Assembly: GCA_003576795.1 (NCBI GenBank)
Contig: QEVN01000001.1
Span: 1-52,821 of the forward strand
DNA length: 52,821 nt
Reading direction: 5' to 3'
Source: Burkholderiales bacterium
GTDB taxonomy: Bacteria > Pseudomonadota > Gammaproteobacteria > Burkholderiales > Burkholderiaceae_E
The notes under the pieces were generated by a model. That model saw only the letters and a program-made list of their open reading frames with translations, did not search any database and was not told the DNA's origin. Below, piece after piece: positions 33,921-43,965 of this stretch (within the stretch, counting starts at the first letter, position 1; every line of letters starts with the position of its first letter). Made by a program: the position numbers and the translations under genes.

Positions 33921-34540
33921 CCGAAGCCCTGATCGTCTCGAACCTCGTCCTGTGGGTCGCCGTGCTGGCGCTGCTCGCCACCGTGTACGCGCTGGCGCGC
34001 CAGATCGGCGTGCTCTACGAGCGCATCGCGCCGATGGGCGCGCTGATGCTCGACGCCGGCCCGAAGGTCGGCGACGCGGCGCCGGCGCTCGAGCTGCAGA
34101 CGCTCGACGGACGAAGCTTCGCCACCGGCGGCGCGCGCGAGAAGAGCCTGCTGCTCTTCTTCCTGTCGCCCACCTGCCCGGTATGCAAGAAGCTGCTGCC
34201 GATCCTGCAGCGCGTCGCCGCCGACGAGCACGGCTGGCTCGAGCTGGCCTTCGCCAGCGACGGCGAACGCGACGAGCACGAGGCGTTCCGCGCGCGCGCC
34301 GGCATCGGCGCCTTCCCGTACGTGCTGTCCACCGAGCTGGGCATGTCCTACCGGATCGGCAAGCTGCCCTACGCGGTGCTGGTCGACGAGACCGGACGCG
34401 TGCGCGCCAAGGGGCTCGTCAATTCGCGCGAACAGCTCGAGAGCCTGTTCACGGCGCGAGAGCTGGGCGTCGCCTCGGTGCAGGAGTTCCTCGGCGACCG
34501 CGGCGAAACGATGCAGACGATGGAGGCGAGCAGGACATGA
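33917..34540 (+). CDS. mauD: Thioredoxin-like maturation protein (MauD/AauD)
   Basis: LARQIGVLYERIAPMGAL, SPTCPVCKKLLP, KGLVNSREQLESL. Confidence 0.95.
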   Translation: MTEALIVSNLVLWVAVLALLATVYALARQIGVLYERIAPMGALMLDAGPKVGDAAPALELQTLDGRSFATGGAREKSLLLFFLSPTCPVCKKLLPILQRVAADEHGWLELAFASDGERDEHEAFRARAGIGAFPYVLSTELGMSYRIGKLPYAVLVDETGRVRAKGLVNSREQLESLFTARELGVASVQEFLGDRGETMQTMEASRT

Positions 34541-35079
34541 ACTGGTTGGATGCGGCATTCGAGCGATCGACCCGCGCCGCCGCGCAGCGCACGTCGCGCC
34601 GCTCCGCGATCGCGCGCCTGGGACGATTGCTGCTCGGCGCGTCGGTCGCGCTGCCCGTGCTGCCCTTCGATCGCAGCGCGCACGCCGCCAAGGGGCACGG
34701 CGGCGGCGGCGCGAAGGGCGGCAAGGCGTTCCAGACCGACGACAAGCAGTGCGACTACTGGAAATATTGCGGCGTCGACGGCTTCCTCTGCTCGTGCTGC
34801 GGCGGCACCGTGAACTCGTGCCCGCCCGGCACCGAGCCGTCGAAGGTGTCGTGGGTCGGCACCTGCCGCAATCCGGCCGACGGCAAGGACTACCTCGTCA
34901 GCTACTTCGACTGCTGCGGCAAGAGCGCCTGCGGACGCTGCCTGTGCAACACGAACATCGGCGAGCGTCCGGCCTACCGCATCACGCTGCACAACGACAT
35001 CAACTGGTGCATGGGCAGCACCAGCACGATGTTCCATTGCACCACGTCGCTGATCGTCGGCGTGGCGGAAAAATCCTGA
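34537..35079 (+). CDS. aauA: TTQ amine dehydrogenase small (catalytic) subunit, AADH-like
   Basis: Tat-like SRRSAI leader; 14 Cys; TTQ Trp pair in VSWVGTC and DINWC; catalytic Asp in YFDCC; DGFLCSCCGG pattern is AADH-like. Confidence 0.93.
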   Translation: MNWLDAAFERSTRAAAQRTSRRSAIARLGRLLLGASVALPVLPFDRSAHAAKGHGGGGAKGGKAFQTDDKQCDYWKYCGVDGFLCSCCGGTVNSCPPGTEPSKVSWVGTCRNPADGKDYLVSYFDCCGKSACGRCLCNTNIGERPAYRITLHNDINWCMGSTSTMFHCTTSLIVGVAEKS

Positions 35080-35093
35080 GACAGGGAGGAGAG

Positions 35094-36458
35094 ATGAAGG
35101 CCAAGACCAAGCTTTGCGCGGCGCTCGCGCTCGCGTTCGCCTGCGGCGCCGCCGCGGCGGCCGTTCCGGAGGCCGAGGCCGCGCGCCTGGGCAAGGACCT
35201 CACGCCGATGGGCGCCGAGAAGGCCGGCAACAAGGACGGCACGATTCCCGCGTGGACCGGCGGCATCACGAAGGCGCCCGCCGGCTGGAAGCTGTCCGAC
35301 CCGCGCGTCGATCCGTACAAGGACGACAAGGTTCTCTTCTCGATCGACGCGTCGAACGTCGACAAGTACAAGGACAAGCTCTCCGAGGGCCAGCAGACGC
35401 TGATCCGCACGCTGCCCGGCTACCGGATGGACGTCTATCCCACGCACCGCTCCTGCGGCTACTCCGACAGCGTCTACCAGCGCAGCGCGGAGAACGCGCG
35501 CGTGGCGAAGCTGGTCGACGGCGGCTGGCAGCTCGAGAACGCGGTCGGCGGCGGCGTGCTGTTCCCGATTCCGAAGAACGGCGCCGAGGCGGTGTGGAAC
35601 CACAAGCTGCGCATCCAGAGCGAGGGGCGCATCGAGCACTACTCGACGCTGTTCTCGTCCAAGAGCGGCGACTTCTCCCAGCTCGCGCAGAACCAGTGGG
35701 TCGTCTATCCGCTGCACGAGCAGTCGACGAAGAGCTTCGACGACGTGAAGAAGTCGGAGGCGAAGATCCTCAACGAGGTGGTCAGCCCGGCGGCGCGCGC
35801 CGGCGAGATGATCCTCGTGCACTGGTTCATGGATCGCGGCTCGGACGCCTGGCTGTATTTCCCCGGCCAGCGCCGCGTGCGCCGCGCGCCGTCCTTCGCC
35901 TACGACAACCCGGTGCCCGGCTACGAGAACCTCGAGACGGTCGACCAGTACCCGATGTACGCCGGCGCGATGGACCGCTACGACTGGAAGCTCGTCGGCA
36001 AGAAGGAGATCTACGTTCCGTACAACAGCTGGAAGCTGATCGACAAGAGCCGCAAGTACAAGGACATCTACCTGCCCGACTACGTCAACCGCGACCTGAT
36101 GCGCTACGAGCTGCATCGCGTCTGGGTGGTGGAGGCGACGCTGAAGGAAGGCATGCGCCACATCTTCCCGCGCCGCGTGATGTTCATCGACGAGGACAGC
36201 TGGACGCTGCTGCTCACCGACCTGTACGACGCGCAGGGCAAGGTCTGGCGCGTGCAGGAAGCCAGCCTCTGGGTCGCGCCCGAGATTCCCGCCTGCGTGA
36301 GCCAGGAGTTCGTCGGCTACGACCTGAACGTCGGCCGCTACATCGCCGAGACCGCGACGCAGGAGCACCCGCCCACCGACTGGCTCGCCGGTCGCGAAGG
36401 CCGCATCAACCCGAACATGTTCAGTCCGGACGAACTGCGCCGCCGCGGCGAGCGTTGA
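35094..36458 (+). CDS. DUF1329 periplasmic protein
   Basis: LGKDLTPMGAEKAGNKDGTIPAWTGG, YFPGQRRVRRAP, RYELHRVWVVEATLK, DEDSW. Confidence 0.92.
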   Translation: MKAKTKLCAALALAFACGAAAAAVPEAEAARLGKDLTPMGAEKAGNKDGTIPAWTGGITKAPAGWKLSDPRVDPYKDDKVLFSIDASNVDKYKDKLSEGQQTLIRTLPGYRMDVYPTHRSCGYSDSVYQRSAENARVAKLVDGGWQLENAVGGGVLFPIPKNGAEAVWNHKLRIQSEGRIEHYSTLFSSKSGDFSQLAQNQWVVYPLHEQSTKSFDDVKKSEAKILNEVVSPAARAGEMILVHWFMDRGSDAWLYFPGQRRVRRAPSFAYDNPVPGYENLETVDQYPMYAGAMDRYDWKLVGKKEIYVPYNSWKLIDKSRKYKDIYLPDYVNRDLMRYELHRVWVVEATLKEGMRHIFPRRVMFIDEDSWTLLLTDLYDAQGKVWRVQEASLWVAPEIPACVSQEFVGYDLNVGRYIAETATQEHPPTDWLAGREGRINPNMFSPDELRRRGER

Positions 36459-36545
36459 GCGCGAGCGACCGGACGGAACCTTCACGCGGATGACATCAAC
36501 GCCGGCAGCGCCGGCAGCAGAACGAAGAACGGGGAGAACGCTGCG

Positions 36546-38429
36546 ATGACGAAGAAGAACGCAGGAGCCGCGACGGCGCGGCCCGCAACCCCGAAGCGCG
36601 CCGCGCTTCGGCCGACGGCCTCCGCGCAGGCCGTGGCGGTCGCGCTCGCGGCGCTGGCCGCCGGCCTGGCCGGCACGCCGGCGCACGCCTTCAAGTTCCA
36701 GACCGACTCGGTGCAGGGCAGCTTCGACTCCACCGTCTCGTTCGGCTTCATCAAGCGGATGCAGAAGACCGACCGCAGCATCATCAGCAACGACAACGGC
36801 GGCGACGTCCCGACCACGAGCCAGCTCGAGAGCCGGATGCAGTCGTACTACGGCCCCGGCAGCGCGGTGGCCAATCCCGACTTCAATTACCTGCAGGCCG
36901 ACGACGGCAACCTGAATTACAAGAAGGGCGACATCGTCTCGGCGGCGCTCAAGGGCACGCACGAGCTCGTGCTGCACGGCCCGAACCACTGGAGCGGGAT
37001 GCTGCGCGCCACCTGGTTCAAGGACTGGCAGGTCGACGACACGGCCCGCATGCCGCTGGACCCGGCCGCGCGCTCGGCCGCGGTCGACAAGTTCACCTGG
37101 CTCGACGCGTGGGTGGCCAAGGAGTTCGAGATCGCCGGCCGGCCCGCCAAGGTGAAGTTCGGCAACCAGGTGATCAGCTGGGGCGAGGACATCTTCATCT
37201 ACGGCGGCGTCAACGTCACCAACGCGATCAACCTGCAGACCGCGCACACGCCCGGCATGCAGCTGAAGGAGATCTTCCGGCCGGCGCCGATGGTCTCGCT
37301 GAACGCGAACATCGCCGAAGGGCTGAGCGTCGAGGGCTACTACCAGTTCCGCTGGAACGCGTTCAAGTTCGATCCGGTCGGCACCTTCTTCTCGGTCACC
37401 GACGTCATCGGCAAGGGCGCGCGCAACGCGTTCATCAACTCGACCTCGCTGGGGCTGCCGCCGGGGACGGTCGGCGACATCGGGACGATCAATCCGCTCA
37501 CGGGCCAGCGCTTCACGCTGGACGAGCTGTCGGCCGGCACGGCCACGATTCCGCTCGCGGGCACCCCGCTGCCGTCGCTCGTCTACCCGATGGAGACGAA
37601 CGAGCCGAAGAACTCCGGCCAGTTCGGCCTGGCCACGCGCTGGCTGCCCGAGGGATCCGAGACAGAGTACGGGCTGTACTGGATCCGCTACCACGACAAG
37701 CTGCCCTTCGTCGGCTTCAACTTCGATCCCGCGGTGCACACGACGAACGTCGCCGCTCTCGGCTACTTCGTCGACTACGGCGAGAGCCGCAACGTGTTCG
37801 GCATCTCGGCGAACACGCGCCTGGGCGACTGGGCGGTCGGCATGGAGCTGTCGTACCGGCCGAAGGACAGCGTCGGCATCGACGCGACGGTGCCCGCCGT
37901 CGGCAAGTACTCGGTCTTCGAGTTCCCGGGCAAGACGGTGCGCGGCTTCGTCACCGAGAAGAAATGGCAGGCGCACCTCACCGGCTTCAAGCTGCTGTCT
38001 CCCGGCGACATGGGCGGCGTGATCGGCGGGATCGGCGCCGAGGAAGGCTATTTCCTCGGCGAGGTCGCGGTGGCGCACTACCCGAGCCTGGATCTCTCGG
38101 GCCGCATCCCCTACCTGCTCACCGACTACTCGCTGCCCGACAAGACGTCGGCGGGCCTGGTCTTCTCCACCGGCCTGACCTATGCCAACGTCGGCGACAG
38201 CGGCTGGAACGTGCTGCCGCAGCTCGACGTCGCCTGGGACTTCCACGGCACCTCGCCGAACGCGGTGCCGTTCATCGACGGTCGCAAGGCCGCGACGATC
38301 TCGCTGAACTTCAACCGCTCCGACAAGTGGAAGGCCGGCATCGGCTACACGCGCTATTGGGGCGGCGGCGGCAACAACCTGATGAAGGACCGCGACTTCC
38401 TGTCGCTGGTCACCTCGGTGTCGTTCTGA
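36546..38429 (+). CDS. DUF1302 outer-membrane beta-barrel protein
   Basis: Signal peptide; FDSTVSFG, DDGNLNY, GNQVISWGE, GQFG, DRDFLSLVTSVSF (C-terminal Phe). Confidence 0.9.
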   Translation: MTKKNAGAATARPATPKRAALRPTASAQAVAVALAALAAGLAGTPAHAFKFQTDSVQGSFDSTVSFGFIKRMQKTDRSIISNDNGGDVPTTSQLESRMQSYYGPGSAVANPDFNYLQADDGNLNYKKGDIVSAALKGTHELVLHGPNHWSGMLRATWFKDWQVDDTARMPLDPAARSAAVDKFTWLDAWVAKEFEIAGRPAKVKFGNQVISWGEDIFIYGGVNVTNAINLQTAHTPGMQLKEIFRPAPMVSLNANIAEGLSVEGYYQFRWNAFKFDPVGTFFSVTDVIGKGARNAFINSTSLGLPPGTVGDIGTINPLTGQRFTLDELSAGTATIPLAGTPLPSLVYPMETNEPKNSGQFGLATRWLPEGSETEYGLYWIRYHDKLPFVGFNFDPAVHTTNVAALGYFVDYGESRNVFGISANTRLGDWAVGMELSYRPKDSVGIDATVPAVGKYSVFEFPGKTVRGFVTEKKWQAHLTGFKLLSPGDMGGVIGGIGAEEGYFLGEVAVAHYPSLDLSGRIPYLLTDYSLPDKTSAGLVFSTGLTYANVGDSGWNVLPQLDVAWDFHGTSPNAVPFIDGRKAATISLNFNRSDKWKAGIGYTRYWGGGGNNLMKDRDFLSLVTSVSF

Positions 38430-38472
38430 TTCCCCCTGCCCGACCACAACTCCCGTCTCACGGTGGCACCCG

Positions 38473-40833
38473 ATGATCGCCCGCAGCGTAGAACGTCTCC
38501 AGCGCCTGCTGTTCGGTCATCGGGCGCTGGTGCTCGCGCTGCTGGCGGTCTTCACCGCCGTGATGGGCGTGTTCGCGAGCCGGCTGCACATGGACGCCGG
38601 CTTCGACAAGCAGCTGCCGCAGCACCACGAGTACATCCGCACCTTCTTCGAGTTCCGTGACGAGGTCTTCGGCGCGAACCGGATCATCGTCGTCGTGCGC
38701 GCGCGCGACGGCGAGATCTGGACGGCGCCCGGCCTGCGCAAGCTCTACGACGTCACGCAGTCGGTGATGTTCCTGCCGGGCATCGACCGGCGCACCGTCA
38801 CCTCGCTGTGGACGCCGAATACGCGCGTGCTCGGCGTCACCGAGGAAGGCTTCAAGGCCGAGGACGTCATCGGCGGCGACATCACGCCCGACCGCCTCGA
38901 CGACGGGCGCATCGAGCGCATCCGGCACAACGCGCTGGTCGGCGGCTACATCGGCACGCTGGTGTCCACCGACAACGCCGGCGCGATGGTCGTCGCCGAC
39001 CTGCTCGAGACCGACCGCGCCACCGGGAAGAAGCTCGACTACCTCGATTTCGCCTCGCGCATCGAGCAGGAAGTGCGCGGCCGGCACGAGGACGCCGGCT
39101 ACGAGATCCAGATCATCGGCTTCGCCAAGCAGGTCGGCGACATCGCCGACGGCGCGACCAGCGTCGTCCACTTCTTCGCGCTCGCCTTCGTGCTCACGGC
39201 GCTCTCGGTGTGGCTGTACTGCCGCTCGTGGCGCCTCACGCTGCTCACGCTCGGCTGCTCGCTCGTCTCGGTGGTCTGGCAGTTCGGCACGCTGCGTCTG
39301 CTCGGCTACGGACTCGACCCGCTCGCCGTGCTCGTGCCTTTCCTCGTGTTCGCGATCGGCGTCTCGCACGGCGTGCAGCAGATCAACTACATCGTCAAGG
39401 AAACCTGCGCCGGTGCCGACAGCGGCACCGCGGCGCGGCGCGCCTTCACCGGGCTGCTGATTCCCGGATCGATGGCGCTGGTCACCGCCTTCGTCGGCTT
39501 CGCCACGCTCACGCTGATCCCGATCCCGATGATCCGCGAGCTGGGCATCACGGCATCGATCGGCGTGGCCTACAAGATCGTCACCAACCTCGTGATGCTG
39601 CCGGTCTCCGCCTCGTACCTCGGCTTCGACGACGCGTACGTGACGCGGATGAAGCGGCTGCGCGCGCGCCGCGAGCAGGTCATGGCCTGGCTCGGCGGAA
39701 TCGCAAGCACGCGCAACGCCGTCATCGGCACGCTGGCCGGCGCGCTGCTGTTCGCCGTCGCCTTCCAGCAGAGCCAGCACCGGCACGTCGGCCACCTCGC
39801 CTCGGGCGCGCCCGAGCTGCGCGCCGACTCGCGCTTCAACCGCGACGCGGCGTCGATCGTCGCCAGCTTCGACCTGGGCCTGGACGTGCTCACCGTGGTC
39901 TTCGAGGCGCCGAAGGACGGCTGCTACCGGCAGCCGGTGATGGCCTACATCGACCAGTTCGCCTGGCAGATGCAGAACGCGCCGGGCGTCATCTCGGTGG
40001 CTTCGGTCGCCCAGCTCGCCAAGCAGGCCTACGCCGGCACGAACGAAGGCCACCCGAAGTGGACCGCGCTCGCCGCCGACGAGCGCTCGCTCGCCAATTC
40101 GGTGGGCCTCATCCCCGAAGGCACCGGGCTCTTCAACCCGGGCTGCACCGTGCTGCCGGTGAACGTCTTCCTCACCGACCACAAGGCCACCACCGTCAAG
40201 GACGTGATCGCCGAGGTGCGCGCATTCCGCGACGCCGAGCGGATGAGCGACGTGAAGCTGCGGCTGGCGAGCGGCAACGTCGGCGTGCAGGCGGCGACCA
40301 ACGAGGTGCTCGAGACCACCGAGCTGCCGATGATGCTGTACGTCTACCTGACGATCGTCGCGCTCGTGTTCTTCACCTACCGCGACTGGCGCGCGATGCT
40401 CGCCTGCTGCGTGCCGCTCACGCTCGCCACCTTCCTCGGCTACTGGTTCATGAAGGAACTCGACATCGGTCTCACGGTGGCCACGCTGCCGGTGATGGTG
40501 CTGGCGGTGGGCATCGGCGTCGACTACGCGTTCTACATCTACAACCGCCTGCAGCTGCACCTGGCGCAGGGCGCGAACATCGCGGTCGCGTTCCGCCAGG
40601 CGCTGATGGAAACCGGCAACGCGACGGTCTTCACCGCGATCACGCTGTCGGTGGGCGTTGCCACCTGGTCGTTCTCGGAGCTGAAGTTCCAGGCCGACAT
40701 GGGCATGCTGCTCACGTTCATGTTCATGGTGAACATGCTGATGGCGATCACGCTGCTGCCGGCGATCGCCGTCACGCTCGACGTGCTGATTCCGCGCCGC
40801 CGGCCGGTGCGCGCGCCCTTCCTCGTCCACTGA
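38473..40833 (+). CDS. RND/MMPL-family inner-membrane transporter
   Basis: DAGFDKQLP, FAIGVSHGVQ, LPVMVLAVGIGVDY, LKFQADMG; two-repeat architecture. Confidence 0.92.
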   Translation: MIARSVERLQRLLFGHRALVLALLAVFTAVMGVFASRLHMDAGFDKQLPQHHEYIRTFFEFRDEVFGANRIIVVVRARDGEIWTAPGLRKLYDVTQSVMFLPGIDRRTVTSLWTPNTRVLGVTEEGFKAEDVIGGDITPDRLDDGRIERIRHNALVGGYIGTLVSTDNAGAMVVADLLETDRATGKKLDYLDFASRIEQEVRGRHEDAGYEIQIIGFAKQVGDIADGATSVVHFFALAFVLTALSVWLYCRSWRLTLLTLGCSLVSVVWQFGTLRLLGYGLDPLAVLVPFLVFAIGVSHGVQQINYIVKETCAGADSGTAARRAFTGLLIPGSMALVTAFVGFATLTLIPIPMIRELGITASIGVAYKIVTNLVMLPVSASYLGFDDAYVTRMKRLRARREQVMAWLGGIASTRNAVIGTLAGALLFAVAFQQSQHRHVGHLASGAPELRADSRFNRDAASIVASFDLGLDVLTVVFEAPKDGCYRQPVMAYIDQFAWQMQNAPGVISVASVAQLAKQAYAGTNEGHPKWTALAADERSLANSVGLIPEGTGLFNPGCTVLPVNVFLTDHKATTVKDVIAEVRAFRDAERMSDVKLRLASGNVGVQAATNEVLETTELPMMLYVYLTIVALVFFTYRDWRAMLACCVPLTLATFLGYWFMKELDIGLTVATLPVMVLAVGIGVDYAFYIYNRLQLHLAQGANIAVAFRQALMETGNATVFTAITLSVGVATWSFSELKFQADMGMLLTFMFMVNMLMAITLLPAIAVTLDVLIPRRRPVRAPFLVH

Positions 40834-40846
40834 AGCGCGAGTCATC

Positions 40847-41332
40847 GTGTTCGATAGCCTGATCCGCCGACTGTCGCTCGAGCCCGCCGCGCCGCCCGTC
40901 GCGCAGGCGGCGTTCGAGCGCCGCCAGCTCGCCGTCGCGGCGCTCCTCGTCGAGGCCGCGCACATCGACCGCCACGCCGGGCCCGACGAGCGCGGCGCGG
41001 TCGCGCGGCTGCTGCGCGGGCACTTCGGCCTGTCCGAACGCGACGCGCAAAGGCTCGTCGAAGAGGCCGAAGAGCGCTACGCGACGAGCCTCGACGACTG
41101 GATCTTCGCGCGCGCGGTGCGCGACGGCTTCGATCCCGCCGAACGCGTCGAGGTGCTGCGCATGCTGTGGGAGGTCGTCTACAGCGACGGCCGGCTCGCC
41201 GCCTTCGAGCTGGATCTGCTGCAGCGTCTCTGCGCCGCGCTGGGCATCGACGACGAAGCCGCCGAGGGTGCCCGCGTCCTCGCCTTCGCCAGCGCGAATC
41301 CGCACGATCCCGAGCAGGCGGGCGAGACATGA
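40847..41332 (+). CDS. TerB-family protein
   Basis: AALLVEAAHID....DER, LWEVVYSDG....E; GTG start. Confidence 0.82.
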   Translation: MFDSLIRRLSLEPAAPPVAQAAFERRQLAVAALLVEAAHIDRHAGPDERGAVARLLRGHFGLSERDAQRLVEEAEERYATSLDDWIFARAVRDGFDPAERVEVLRMLWEVVYSDGRLAAFELDLLQRLCAALGIDDEAAEGARVLAFASANPHDPEQAGET

Positions 41333-41388
41333 AGCGGCGCCTCCTTCGGATCGCCGCGATGAAGCGACCCCTCCTTCGCATCGCCGCG
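41329..41388 (+). repeat. 30-bp tandem duplication of the first 10 codons
   Basis: ATGAAGCGGCGCCTCCTTCGGATCGCCGCG / ATGAAGCGACCCCTCCTTCGCATCGCCGCG (3 mismatches). Confidence 0.85.
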
Positions 41389-42390
41389 GCGCTGTGCGCG
41401 GCGCAGCTTCTCGCCGCCTCGGGTATCGCCGGCGACGATCCTGCCGACGGCGCGGCCCGGGCGGCCACCGCCGCGGATACGGCCGCAGGTACGGCCGCGA
41501 AAGCCGAATCGGCGAGCGCGGGCCAGCCGACCGCCGTGCAGGCGCAGAAGGTGCGGCATCCCGAACACGCGCCGCTGCTCGCCGCGGCGCGCGCCGGCGG
41601 GCGACTCGTCGTCGTCGGCGACTTCGGAACGATCCTGCTGTCCGACGACGACGGGAAAGGCTGGCGCCAGGCGCAATCGGTGCCCACGCGCGCGACGCTC
41701 ACCGCGGTCGAGTTCGTCGACGAACGGCACGGCTGGGCCGTCGGCCACGGGGGCGTCATCCTCTCCACCGACGACGGCGGCGAGCACTGGAGCCTGCGCC
41801 ACGAGGCCGGCAGCGACGTCGCATTGTTCTCGGTGCACTTCGGCGACCTGCGGCGCGGCCTCGTCGTCGGCTCCTTCGGCTTCGCCTCGCGCACCGACGA
41901 CGGCGGCGCCACCTGGCACCGCGTGCAGCTCGGCGACCAGGACGTGCACCTGTACCAGATCTTCTCCGATTCGCGCGGCGCCACCTGGATCGCCGCCGAG
42001 ATGGGCACCGTGTACCGCTCGGACGACGGCGAACGCTTCGAGCGCGTCGAGGTGCCGTACAGCGGCTCGCTGTGGGGCGGCATGGCGACGCCGGACGGAT
42101 CGATCCTGCTGTGGGGCATGGGCGGCACGCTGCTGCGCAGCCCCGACGGCGGACGCTCGTGGCGCCCGACGTCCACCGACACGCAGAATCCGATCACCGC
42201 CGGCTGCCGCCTGCCCGACGGCCGGCTCGTCTTCGTCGGGCTCGGCGGCACCGTGCTGGCGAGCAGCGACGGCGGCGCCACCGTGAGCACCGAGATCCGT
42301 CCCACCCGGCACGCCTACACCGCGGCGATCCTCGCGCGCGGCAAGCCGTTGCTGTTCAGCCTGGCCGGCGTCGAACCACCGCAGCCCTGA
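41329..42390 (+). CDS. YCF48/BNR-repeat beta-propeller protein
   Basis: Repeated S/T-DDGG..W Asp-boxes, GWAVGHGG.IL; start 41329 or 41359. Confidence 0.9.
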   Translation: MKRRLLRIAAMKRPLLRIAAALCAAQLLAASGIAGDDPADGAARAATAADTAAGTAAKAESASAGQPTAVQAQKVRHPEHAPLLAAARAGGRLVVVGDFGTILLSDDDGKGWRQAQSVPTRATLTAVEFVDERHGWAVGHGGVILSTDDGGEHWSLRHEAGSDVALFSVHFGDLRRGLVVGSFGFASRTDDGGATWHRVQLGDQDVHLYQIFSDSRGATWIAAEMGTVYRSDDGERFERVEVPYSGSLWGGMATPDGSILLWGMGGTLLRSPDGGRSWRPTSTDTQNPITAGCRLPDGRLVFVGLGGTVLASSDGGATVSTEIRPTRHAYTAAILARGKPLLFSLAGVEPPQP

Positions 42391-42452
42391 GAAGCCGGGT
42401 GGGCAGGCGCCCTTTCCCTTCCTCTCGCACGAACGCACAACCGGAGACAAGC

Positions 42453-43940
42453 ATGAACATGAACACCGCCCGCCCCGAACTCGCCGCGATCCGCCGCAAG
42501 ATGTTCGTCGGCGGCCAATGGGTCGAAGCCCGCTCGGGCAAGACGCTGCCCGTCTACGATCCGGCCACGGGCGAGGAGATCGCCCGCGTGCCCGATGCGC
42601 AGGCCGAGGACGTCGACGCCGCCGTGCGCTCGGCGCGCGCGACCTTCGAGTCTTCCGCCTGGCAGGACATGCTGCCGGCGCAGCGCGAGCTGCTGATGCT
42701 GCGGCTGGCCGACCTGGTCGAGAAACACGGCGAGGAGCTGGCGCGCCTCGAGACGCTGAACAACGGCAAGCTGCTGATGTTCTCGCGCATGCTCGAGGTC
42801 GGCGCGAACGCGCAGTGGATCCGCTACATGGCCGGCTGGGCCACGAAGATCGAAGGCTCGACGCTCGACGTCTCGATTCCGTTCCCGCCCGGAGTGAAGT
42901 ACACGGCGATGACGCGCCGCGAGGCGGTCGGCGTGGTCGGCGCGATCGTGCCGTGGAACTTCCCGCTGCTGATGGCCATGTGGAAGATCGCGCCGGCGCT
43001 CGCCTGCGGCTGCACGGTGGTGCTCAAGCCGGCGGAGGAGACGCCGCTCACCGCGCTGCGGCTGGCCGAGCTCGTGATGGAAGCGGGCTTCCCCGCCGGC
43101 ACGGTGAACGTCGTCACCGGCTACGGCGAAAGCGCGGGCGCCGCGCTGGTGAAGCATCCCGGCATCGACAAGATCACGTTCACCGGTTCCACCGAGGTCG
43201 GCAAGACGATCGGCCGCAACTGCATGGACGAGATGAAGCGGGTCACGCTCGAGCTGGGCGGCAAGAGCCCGGTGATCGTGCTCGAAGACTGCGATCCCAA
43301 CACCGCGATCGCCGGCGCGGCGGGCGCGATCTTCTTCAACCACGGGCAGGTGTGCACGGCCGGCTCGCGGCTCTTCGTGCACAAGAGCCGCTACGACGAA
43401 GTGGTCGGGGGCCTCGCCGCCGCGGCGAACGCGACGAAGCTCGGCGGCGGCTTCGACGAAACCGCGCAGATGGGGCCGATGGTCTCGGCGCATCACCGCG
43501 ACCGCGTAGTCCGCTACATCGAGAGCGGCAAGAGCGAGGGAGCCGAGTGCCTGGCCGGCGGAGGCGCCGCGCCGGGCGCGGGCTACTTCGTCAAGCCCAC
43601 GGTGTTCTCCAACCCCAGCGGCAAGGAGCTGACGATCTCGCGCGAGGAGATCTTCGGGCCGGTCGTGGTCGCCTCGCCCTACAGCGACCTCGACGAGGTC
43701 GCGCGCCAGGCGAACGACTCGCGCTACGGGCTCGGGGCGAGCATCTGGACGAACGACCTCACGAAGGCGTACCGGCTGATCCCGAAGATCAAGGCGGGCA
43801 CCGTCTGGCTCAATTGCCACAACATGGTCGACCCGAACCTGCCTTTCGGCGGCTACAAGGAGTCGGGCACCGGACGCGAGCACGGCCGCGCGATGATCGA
43901 CGCGTACACCGAGACGAAGTCGGTGTGCGTGGCGTACTGA
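42453..43940 (+). CDS. NAD-dependent aldehyde dehydrogenase, phenylacetaldehyde dehydrogenase (FeaB)-like
   Basis: PWNFPL, FTGSTEVG, LELGGKSP, GQVCTAGSR, EEIFGPV; TKIEGSTLDVSIPFPPG segment resembles FeaB. Confidence 0.88.
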   Translation: MNMNTARPELAAIRRKMFVGGQWVEARSGKTLPVYDPATGEEIARVPDAQAEDVDAAVRSARATFESSAWQDMLPAQRELLMLRLADLVEKHGEELARLETLNNGKLLMFSRMLEVGANAQWIRYMAGWATKIEGSTLDVSIPFPPGVKYTAMTRREAVGVVGAIVPWNFPLLMAMWKIAPALACGCTVVLKPAEETPLTALRLAELVMEAGFPAGTVNVVTGYGESAGAALVKHPGIDKITFTGSTEVGKTIGRNCMDEMKRVTLELGGKSPVIVLEDCDPNTAIAGAAGAIFFNHGQVCTAGSRLFVHKSRYDEVVGGLAAAANATKLGGGFDETAQMGPMVSAHHRDRVVRYIESGKSEGAECLAGGGAAPGAGYFVKPTVFSNPSGKELTISREEIFGPVVVASPYSDLDEVARQANDSRYGLGASIWTNDLTKAYRLIPKIKAGTVWLNCHNMVDPNLPFGGYKESGTGREHGRAMIDAYTETKSVCVAY

Positions 43941-43965
43941 CGGCATTCACCGGAGGAGACCGGAA

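Noticed and set aside
32200-35079. Methylamine dehydrogenase / methylotrophy island
   Set aside because: Subunit motifs are AADH-like, there is no amicyanin or mauF, and the neighbouring ALDH is FeaB-like.
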